Shown: in pieces, positions 1 to 7,900 of the stretch | How the letters are laid out: the number at the start of each line of letters is the position of its first letter | Position numbering within the stretch: position 1 is the stretch's first letter | Assembly: GCA_964057225.1 (NCBI GenBank) | Contig: CAXKVF010000075.1 | Location: 310,001-374,000 of the forward strand | DNA length: 64,000 nt | Direction: 5' to 3' | Source of the DNA: Auanema rhodensis | Lineage: Eukaryota > Animalia > Nematoda | Notes under the pieces: model-generated | What the model was told of the DNA's origin: nothing | Database searches by the model: none | Seen by the model: only the letters and a program-made list of their open reading frames with translations | Program-made: the position numbers and the translations under genes

Positions 1-172
1 TAAATTTCAAAGTCATGGTTACCATGCACCAATATCAATAAAAATTTGTTTTTAGACTAATATGGACATGGGGAATCTAATTTTGAGAACCGCATCTCTT
101 TATCTTTCACGTGAAGCGAGTTACATACCAAGTGCACATCACGTGTACATTTAATTAGCATAAATTAAAGTT
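1..172 (+). repeat. 176-bp satellite monomer (near complete) upstream of the LINE; the array presumably continues left of the window
   Basis: Matches the downstream monomers. It carries the ATGCACC and GAGAAC variants seen at e.g. 5985 and 7745. Confidence 0.97.
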
Positions 173-173
173 T

Positions 174-202
174 CATCACGTGTACATTTAATTAGCATAA
201 AT
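174..202 (+). repeat. Partial satellite monomer (monomer positions 137-165); 177-202 is the left TSD copy
   Basis: CATCACGTGTACATTTAATTAGCATAAAT is identical to 137-165. The segment 177-202 is identical to 4892-4917. Confidence 0.85.
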
Positions 203-304
203 CGTTGACCTAGTTTCCTCGTTGACCTAGTTTCCTCGTTGACCTAGTTTCCTCGTTGACCTAGTTTCCTCGTTGACCTAGTTTCCTCGTTGACCTAGTT
301 TCCT
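203..304 (+). repeat. 6 perfect tandem copies of the 17-mer CGTTGACCTAGTTTCCT at the LINE 5' end
   Basis: Read directly; units start at 203, 220, 237, 254, 271 and 288. Confidence 0.98.
206..301 (-). promoter_or_regulatory. Putative array of six monomeric nuclear-receptor sites (RORE-type AAACTAGGTCA) in the LINE 5' UTR
   Basis: The reverse complement of TGACCTAGTTT matches the ROR/Rev-erb consensus WAWNTRGGTCA in every unit. Function is inferred only. Confidence 0.35.
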
Positions 305-387
305 GGCCACGGAAGGTGATCCCTGCTCTGCTCTGTTCGTTCCTGCCGTCTTCAGCCGTATCTGTCTGGATTTTATTCGTCGGATTG

Positions 388-500
388 GTTTTTTTTCAAG
401 GTACGCTCACTTTTTCTCTCGTTCTTTTTTTCTCTTCTTTTTATTTATCTTCACTTTATTTATTTATTTTTTTTTTCTCTCACCTCTCTTTATATTGTTT
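388..500 (+). other. T/pyrimidine-rich low-complexity tract in the LINE 5' UTR
   Basis: Almost all T/C with scattered A, ending just before the ATG at 505. Confidence 0.8.
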
Positions 501-504
501 CATT

Positions 505-1578
505 ATGTCTTTTGTGACCAATGATTTTCTTACAAGTGCTCTCGAAACATTTTCCAAATCACTTGAATGCTCATTTGCTAAACTTTCAAGCGATATAAAA
601 AATGAGCTTAATTGTATGAAAATCAAAGTCAGTTCTCACGAGGCTCGCTTGAACCTTATCGAAACGGATTTCAAATCTCGTTTGGAAAAGTTAGAGCAGA
701 AGCTTGCCAGTTTTTCTCAACCATCTCCTCACTGTAATTCCGTTTCCATTGCATCATCTTCCCAATTAAATGTTGCATGCCAGCTACAAAAATTGAGATC
801 AGAGGAGACAAAATACTCTTACCGCAGTAACCGGGCTCTCTGGTTTCGCGTACCTTTGACTTCAGATGAATTTCCAAACGATCCACTTTCATTATTGAAA
901 CTCATCGTCAAGAAGTCCAATGATAGTACTTTGTCTTCTCTTATCGATAGCAACCAAATCACAATTGCACGCTCTACTCTCAAATCAAACTTTCCTGGTC
1001 CCTTAATTATTACTTGTCCCTCCATCGATTTACGAGACAGAACTATCGAGGTTATCAAAGCCAACAAATCTAAGTGCTTCATTACTCTTTCCAAAACATT
1101 CCTACGCCGCGACTACCTTCCTTTTGAAATTGAACTAGAAAAAAGTTTACGCGCCGAAGCTAAAATTAAAAATGAAAACAATCTTAAAAGCGTTTTTCTT
1201 GTACGCGATCTCAAACTGATAGAAGTATCTCGTAAACCGATCACCACCCTATCCCCTACCACTAACATCATAGCTACTAATTCCAACGGTCCAATTTCTA
1301 AAACTTCTTATAATACCCACAATTGTCCTGTTTCATTAACCACATTAGACGTTGTTTCTAGTCCTCCTTGTAAATCGGGCAGATCCAGTCGGTCTAAGGA
1401 AAGGCAAAAACCAGTCTCCAAGGATAAAATGCTTTCCATTAGTCCTAGAAGACGGAAAAATCCACCCCGTAATGCCAAGTCTAGTACCATTGAACCAACT
1501 GGACCTATTGCCAGATCTACAAGTAGCCCTCTAGCAACCTCTTTGTCTCTTACGCATGATAACCTGTCCTTTCGTTAA
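505..1578 (+). CDS. LINE ORF1 protein (357 aa from the first ATG): N-terminal coiled coil, putative RRM/CTD-type nucleic-acid-binding region, basic S/T/P-rich tail
   Basis: Heptad-like segment (LETFSKSLE...LEKLEQKL). Motifs EETKYSYRSNRALWFRVP, GPLIITCPSIDLRD and FLRRDYLPFEIELEKSLR...N...VFLVRDL resemble CR1/L2 ORF1s, from memory especially nematode ones. The track start at 316 is a GTG that reads through the T-rich UTR. Confidence 0.85.
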   Translation: MSFVTNDFLTSALETFSKSLECSFAKLSSDIKNELNCMKIKVSSHEARLNLIETDFKSRLEKLEQKLASFSQPSPHCNSVSIASSSQLNVACQLQKLRSEETKYSYRSNRALWFRVPLTSDEFPNDPLSLLKLIVKKSNDSTLSSLIDSNQITIARSTLKSNFPGPLIITCPSIDLRDRTIEVIKANKSKCFITLSKTFLRRDYLPFEIELEKSLRAEAKIKNENNLKSVFLVRDLKLIEVSRKPITTLSPTTNIIATNSNGPISKTSYNTHNCPVSLTTLDVVSSPPCKSGRSSRSKERQKPVSKDKMLSISPRRRKNPPRNAKSSTIEPTGPIARSTSSPLATSLSLTHDNLSFR

Positions 1579-4390
1579 CAATGTTTCTGTCAATACCCAA
1601 TCTAGCTCATTAATCATTTCTAATCTTTCTGTTCACTGTTACAATGCCCGCTCTATTCTTAACAAATTACATCTACTCCCAATCGTTCTTTTGTCTGACT
1701 CCCCTGATATAGTTGCTATATCAGAAACCTGGCTTCATTCTCAGTTTAACACTGACCTATTACCACTGAGAGACACCTACAGTATCCTTAGAGCTGATAG
1801 ATGTACCTCTCGTGGAGGTGGTGTACTTCTTTTCATTAAAAAACACATTAACTTCCGTCTTGTCTCTTGTTCCTCTCATCTATCTTCTGTCCAATTTTTA
1901 AATATTGTAATAACTTCATTAAATGCTGTTTTCTCTATTTGCTACCGCTCTCCTTCATCAACTCACGCCGACTTTTCTGAATATCTTTCGGATATTGAGA
2001 GCCACATTGTCAATCGCTCTTTTTTTCTTACAGGTGATCTTAATTTTCCAAAAATAGACTGGGGTCGCAGCTCTTGTTTAAAACCCTCTCCATCAAGTAG
2101 AGCTCTTCTCCGTTTTCTCCATGACAATTGTGCTGAGCAGTTGGTCAGATTTCCCACTAGAGGCGAACATATTCTTGATTATATCATCACAAACCAAACC
2201 CACAGTGTCAACGGCATTTGTCGATCTAGTCCGTTAGGGACATCGGATCATTTTTCTCTCGTTTTTCTTATTTCGTTAGACTTTAAGGATTCCAGTTCAC
2301 ATAATGTCAATCATACTGAAAATTCACCGCCTTCATTGGAACCAGAGAACAATTTTCTCTTAGCTGACTATGAAATGATCAACAAACTACTAGCCAATAT
2401 GGATTTCTGTTCTGAACTTTCAGGTTTAACTCCACTACAATCATATTCTAAGTTTGTCGCTATTCTTCGTTCTGTAATATCTTCTTATGTTCCTAAAAAA
2501 CAACCTAAGAAAAACAAAAAGCTGGATCGTGAAATCAAAAAACTTCACAACCAAATTAAAAAGCTTAGTTGCTCTCTATACCCATCTGACGAAATCCGCC
2601 GTAAAAAACTCTGTGCTGCTCTCGATAGACTCACAAAACGCAAGTATGCATCAGAAGAAGAACGCATTGCTAATTCCAGAAATCCCAGACTTTTCCATCG
2701 CTTCTGTAGAGAACGGTTAGGTGGCAATTCATCGGACGTCCCAAACCTCACCATTAATCAACAAACAGTTTCTTCGGACGCTGACAAGGCCTCCGTTTTT
2801 TCCAACGTTTTCACTGTTAACCCTCTCTTTTTAACATCTCATCCTACTTATAGCTCTACTTCTACCAGTTCCGGCTCCTATATCGACTTTGTTGATATAT
2901 CACCTGAAATTGTATATAAAACACTCTATCATCTTCCACTTAGGGTATCTACATCTCCAGACGGTATTCCGTACTACTTTCTTAAACAATGTGCTGCTCC
3001 TCTAGCTAATCCATTAGCTTTCATTTTTCACAACCTTCTTGTTAGTTCAACCTGCCCTCCTGATTGGAAAGTGGCCTGGATCCGCCCTGTCTTCAAATCT
3101 GGTGTCACTAAAAATCCAGAAAACTATCGACCAATCTCTCTCACTTCTAGCCTCTCTAAAGTGTTTGAACGCCTTGTTCGCACTCCTCTTCTTACATTTG
3201 GCATATCTTCTGGCTCCATACCTAACTATCAACATGCTTTTCTTCCTAATAGGAATACTGTTTCTGCCATACTAGACAGTCACGTAAGTTGGAGATCTTC
3301 TCTCGACTGCAACGATACAGTTTTTGTTGCTTTCATTGACTTCTCAAAAGCATTCGATTTAATAAATCATGACGTCCTCTCACATAAACTCAACTCCATG
3401 GGTATCAAAGGTTCTCTTCACTCTTTTCTTACAAGTTTTATTTCTGGTAGATCCTTTTCTGTTCTTATCAAAAAAGCACTATCTCCATCTAAACCACTTA
3501 CTTGTGGAGTTCCTCAAGGCACTGTTCTCGGTCCTCTCCTATTCCTGTTTTATATCAACGACATCACATCAGAATTTCCCAGCGATGTCAATTCTGTTCT
3601 TTATGCTGATGATCTTAAAATTTACAGCAAAAATCCGGTTAGTTTGCAATGCGCTCTCAATCAGTTGGAAGTATGGTGTCAACAAAACGGTATGAGCGTT
3701 AACACCTCCAAATCAAAAATCATGGTGGTTCCAAGTAAAAAAAATTCTGAAGTCCAAAAATTTATGTTTGGTGACATTATTCTTACTAACGTTCAAAGCT
3801 ATAAAGACCTGGGTGTTCTAACCGAACACAATCTTATGTTTGATAAACATATTGATAAGATAACCAACGATGCAGCGAGAAAATGCCGCATAATTCTCAG
3901 ATGCTTTTATTCAAGATCACCAGTCTTGATGTTCAAACTTTTCTGCTGCTATATAAGACCTATACTTGAATATGCTTCTGTTATCTGGTCTCCGCAAGAT
4001 AATAGATGCAAAACACGCTTAGAAAACGTACAAAAAAAATTTTTGCGTGCTGTTTTCATGCGATCTGGTTTGAACTTAAAATACAAAGATCAACTCTCTT
4101 TCTTAGGGAGTGAAGAACTAGCTTTCAGAAGACAAATTTTTGATTTGCTTTTTTATTTCAAACAAATTAAATCAACTATTACAGATAATCTTTTTTCACT
4201 CAGAAACCACTCTCATAGTCTTAGACGGCATCCATGGACTATTGAATTTCCTAATCTAAGGAAAACTCAGTCCAGAAAAGGCATCGAATATCGAGCCATC
4301 AATACATGGAACTCAATTCCAAACAACATTGTTTGTCTAGAAAGAATCAGCAGCTTTCGAAAACATTTGAGTATTTTTCTTTTAGATTAA
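1556..4390 (+). CDS. LINE ORF2 polyprotein: apurinic-like endonuclease plus reverse transcriptase (944 aa)
   Basis: APE motifs YNARS, ISETWL, GGGV, GDLNFP, ILDY, SDH. RT motifs SPDGIP, NYRPISLTS, DFSKAFD, GVPQGTVLGPLLF, YADD, KDLGV. CR1-type C-terminus LEYASVIWSP...LENVQKKF, with no obvious RNase H or CCHC knuckle. Confidence 0.97.
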   Translation: MITCPFVNNVSVNTQSSSLIISNLSVHCYNARSILNKLHLLPIVLLSDSPDIVAISETWLHSQFNTDLLPLRDTYSILRADRCTSRGGGVLLFIKKHINFRLVSCSSHLSSVQFLNIVITSLNAVFSICYRSPSSTHADFSEYLSDIESHIVNRSFFLTGDLNFPKIDWGRSSCLKPSPSSRALLRFLHDNCAEQLVRFPTRGEHILDYIITNQTHSVNGICRSSPLGTSDHFSLVFLISLDFKDSSSHNVNHTENSPPSLEPENNFLLADYEMINKLLANMDFCSELSGLTPLQSYSKFVAILRSVISSYVPKKQPKKNKKLDREIKKLHNQIKKLSCSLYPSDEIRRKKLCAALDRLTKRKYASEEERIANSRNPRLFHRFCRERLGGNSSDVPNLTINQQTVSSDADKASVFSNVFTVNPLFLTSHPTYSSTSTSSGSYIDFVDISPEIVYKTLYHLPLRVSTSPDGIPYYFLKQCAAPLANPLAFIFHNLLVSSTCPPDWKVAWIRPVFKSGVTKNPENYRPISLTSSLSKVFERLVRTPLLTFGISSGSIPNYQHAFLPNRNTVSAILDSHVSWRSSLDCNDTVFVAFIDFSKAFDLINHDVLSHKLNSMGIKGSLHSFLTSFISGRSFSVLIKKALSPSKPLTCGVPQGTVLGPLLFLFYINDITSEFPSDVNSVLYADDLKIYSKNPVSLQCALNQLEVWCQQNGMSVNTSKSKIMVVPSKKNSEVQKFMFGDIILTNVQSYKDLGVLTEHNLMFDKHIDKITNDAARKCRIILRCFYSRSPVLMFKLFCCYIRPILEYASVIWSPQDNRCKTRLENVQKKFLRAVFMRSGLNLKYKDQLSFLGSEELAFRRQIFDLLFYFKQIKSTITDNLFSLRNHSHSLRRHPWTIEFPNLRKTQSRKGIEYRAINTWNSIPNNIVCLERISSFRKHLSIFLLD

Positions 4391-4891
4391 TATTAATATT
4401 AATCATGTTTATTTCAATTGTTTCTTTTACTTGCTCTGTACTATTTGGGTAATTGCACCTCTTCTATTATCTTCGTCTATGTGTCATTTGATCAATTATC
4501 CTCTTTACCCATACTTTTTTTTCACTGTTACTTCACCATTGAATCTTATGGGCATTAGCCATACGGATCGGGTGCTAGTTACCTCTGACTTCCAGAACGG
4601 GCTTGACTTATTTCTAAGTTCCACCGCACCTGGTTAGCTTTTAAAGAGAGGTCAGTTTCTCAAACTGAACAAACCCCTGCTTAAAAAAGAGACGTTGACA
4701 TATACGATGCATATGCGGATAGGTATGATGAGCTAACTGCAACCCTAACACTCTTTTTCTAACTATACTTCACTGATATTTGTAATTTTTTATGTTATTA
4801 TCTTTATGTTCATATTGTATGGAACTAATGCATATCTTTTCGTACTATACTTAACGTTAAAACCTGTAATACTGAACAATAAACGTCCGAA
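4391..4891 (+). other. LINE 3' UTR with a central, more GC-rich, stem-forming block (about 4543-4760)
   Basis: Lies between the ORF2 stop and the resumption of satellite. Several complementary segments are visible by eye. Confidence 0.75.
4878..4883 (+). promoter_or_regulatory. Polyadenylation-signal-like AATAAA 8 nt before the element's 3' junction
   Basis: ACAATAAACGTCCGAA followed directly by target DNA. Confidence 0.5.
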
Positions 4892-4917
4892 CACGTGTAC
4901 ATTTAATTAGCATAAAT
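4892..4917 (+). repeat. Right copy of the 26-bp TSD (CACGTGTACATTTAATTAGCATAAAT)
   Basis: Identical to 177-202, which abuts the 5' end of the element. Confidence 0.8.
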
Positions 4918-7900
4918 TAAAGTTCACGTAAATTTCAAAGTCATGGTTACCATGAACCAATATCAATAAAAATTTGTTTTTAGACTAATATGGACATGGG
5001 GAATCTAATTTTGAAAACCGCATTTCTTTATCTTTCACGTGAAGCGAGTTACATACCAAGTGCACATCACGTGTACATTTAATTAGCATAAATTAAAGTT
5101 CACGTAAAATTCAAAGTCATGGTTACCATGAACCAATATCAATAAAAATTTGTTTTTAGACTAATATGGACATGGGGAATCTAATTTTGAAAACCGCATC
5201 TCTTTATCTTTCACGTGAAGCGAGTTACATACCAAGTGCACATCACGTGTACATTTAATTAGCATTAATTAAAGTTCACGTAAATTTCAAAGTCATGGTT
5301 ACCATGAACCAATATCAATAAAAATTTGTTTTTAGACTAATATGGACATGGGGAATCTACTTTTGAAAACCGCATCTCTTTATCTTTCACGTGAAGCGAG
5401 TTACATACCAAGTGCACATCACGTGTACATTTAATTAGCATAAATTAAAGTTCACGTAAAATTCAAAGTCATGGTTACCATGAACCAATATCAATAAAAA
5501 TTTGTTTTTAGACTAATATGGACATGGGGAATCTAATTTTGAAAACCGCATCTCTTTATCTTTCACGTGAAGCGAGTTACATACCAAGTGCACATCACGT
5601 GTACATTTAATTAGCATAAATTAAAGTTCACGTATATTTCAAAGTCATGGTTACCATGAACTAATATCAATAAAAATTTGTTTTTAGACTAATATGGACA
5701 TGGGGAATCTAATTTTGAAAACCGCATCTCTTTATCTTTCACGTGAAGCGAGTTACATACCAAGTGCACATCACGTGTACATTTAATTAGCATAAATTAA
5801 AGTTCACGTAAATTTCAAAGTCATGGTTACCATGAAGCAATATCAATAAAAATTTGTTTTTAGACTAATATGGACATGGGGAATCTAATTTTGAAAACCG
5901 CATCTCTTTATCTTTCACGTGAAGCGAGTTACATACCAAGTGCACATCACGTGTACATTTAATTAGCATAAATTAAAGTTCACGTAAATTTCAAAGTCAT
6001 GGTTACCATGCACCAATATCAATAAAAATTTGTTTTTAGACTAATATGGACATGGGGAATCTAATTTTGAGAACCGCATCTCTTTATCTTTCACGTGAAG
6101 CGAGTTACATACCAAGTGCACATCACGTGTACATTTAATTAGCATAAATTAAAGTTCACGTAAATTTCAAAGTCATGGTTACCATGAAGCAATATCAATA
6201 AAAATTTGTTTTTAGACTAATATGGACATGGGGAATCTAATTTTGAAAACCGCATCTCTTTATCTTTCACGTGAAGCGAGTTACATACCAAGTGCACATC
6301 ACGTGTACATTTAATTAGCATAAATTAAAGTTCACGTAAAATTCAAAGTCATGGTTACCATGAACCAATATCAATAAAAATTTGTTTTTAGACTAATATG
6401 GACATGGGGAATCTAATTTTGAAAACCGCATCTCTTTATCTTTCACGTGAAGCGAGTTACATACCAAGTGCACATCACGTGTACATTTAATTAGCATAAA
6501 TTAAAGTTCACGTAAATTTCAAAGTCATGGTTACCATGCACCAATATCAATAAAAATTTGTTTTTAGACTAATATGGACATGGGAAATCTAATTTTGAGA
6601 ACCGCATCTCTTTATCTTTCACGTGAAGCGAGTTACATACCAAGTGCACATCACGTGTACATTTAATTAGCATAAATTAAAGTTCACGTAAATTTCAAAG
6701 TCATGGTTACCATGAAGCAATATCAATAAAAATTTGTTTTTAGACTAATATGGACATGGGGAATCTAATTTTGAAAACCGCATCTCTTCATCTTTCACGT
6801 GAAGCGAGTTACATACCAAGTGCACATCACGTGTACATTTAATTAGCATAAATTAAAGTTCACGTAAATTTCAAAGTCATGGTTACCATGAACCAATATC
6901 AATAAAAATTTGTTTTTAGACTAATATGGACATGGGGAATCTAATTTTGAAAACCGCATCTCTTTATCTTTCACGTGAAGCGAGTTACATACCAAGTGCA
7001 CATCACGTGTACATTTAATTAGCATAAATTAAAGTTCACGTAAATTTCAAAGTCATGGTTACCATGCACCAATATCAATAAAAATTTGTTTTTAGACTAA
7101 TATGGACATGGGGAATCTAATTTTGAAAACCGCATCTCTTTATCTTTCACGTGAAGCAAGTTACATACCAAGTGCACATCACGTGTACATTTAATTAGCA
7201 TAAATTAAAGTTCACGTAAATTTCAAAGTCATGGTTACCATGAACCAATATCAATAAAAATTTGTTTTCAGACTAATATGGACATGGGGAATCTAATTTT
7301 GAAAACCGCATTTCTTTATCTTTCACGTGAAGCGAGTTACATACCAAGTGCACATCACGTGTACATTTAATTAGCATAAATTAAAGTTCACGTATATTTC
7401 AAAGTCATGGTTACCATGAACTAATATCAATAAAAATTTGTTTTTAGACTAATATGGACATGGGGAATCTAATTTTGAAAACCGCATCTCTTTATCTTTC
7501 ACGTGAAGCGAGTTACATACCAAGTGCACATCACGTGTACATTTAATTAGCATAAATTAAAGTTCACGTAAATTTCAAAGTCATGGTTACCATGAAGCAA
7601 TATCAATAAAAATTTGTTTTTAGACTAATATGGACATGGGGAATCTAATTTTGAAAACCGCATCTCTTTATCTTTCACGTGAAGCGAGTTACATACCAAG
7701 TGCACATCACGTGTACATTTAATTAGCATAAATTAAAGTTCACGTAAATTTCAAAGTCATGGTTACCATGCACCAATATCAATAAAAATTTGTTTTTAGA
7801 CTAATATGGACATGGGGAATCTAATTTTGAGAACCGCATCTCTTTATCTTTCACGTGAAGCGAGTTACATACCAAGTGCACATCACGTGTACATTTAATT

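Larger units (their letters stand above)
203..4891 (+). mobile_element. Full-length non-LTR retrotransposon (LINE), CR1/L2 group, about 4.69 kb, inserted in satellite DNA
   Basis: 5' UTR, ORF1, overlapping APE+RT ORF2, about 500-bp 3' UTR with AATAAA, flanked by a 26-bp direct repeat of satellite sequence. Both ORFs are uninterrupted. Confidence 0.95.

Noticed and set aside
203-304. CRISPR-like array
   Set aside because: Repeats are contiguous with no spacers, there are no cas genes, and the context is eukaryotic.
305-360. HDV-like ribozyme at the LINE 5' end
   Set aside because: Only a simple stem (ACGGAAGG/CCTGCCGT) is visible; I could not build the nested double pseudoknot.
316-504. Hydrophobic 63-aa N-terminal extension of ORF1 that looks like a membrane anchor
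   Set aside because: It starts at GTG and is the F/L/S-rich translation of a T-rich UTR that lacks stops because of its composition. The ATG at 505 is the more plausible start.
671-4637. Short alternative-frame and antisense ORFs (60-108 aa) within the LINE
   Set aside because: They are shadows of ORF1/ORF2 or UTR with no recognisable motifs, many with non-ATG starts.
4741-4749. AACCCTAAC resembling a TTAGGG telomerase RNA template in the 3' UTR
   Set aside because: A 9-nt match can arise by chance, there are no telomeric repeats at the junctions, and the inferred nematode host would typically use TTAGGC.
4725-4776. Box C (ATGATGA) and box D (CTGA) snoRNA-like pair, or a SECIS element
   Set aside because: Only about 52 nt with a weak terminal stem and no recognisable guide; the SECIS helix cannot form.
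5066-5165. Yeast point-centromere mimic (ATCACGTG, AT-rich spacer, TGTTTTT)
   Set aside because: The essential CDEIII TTCCGAA core is missing and the spacer is not AT-rich enough.
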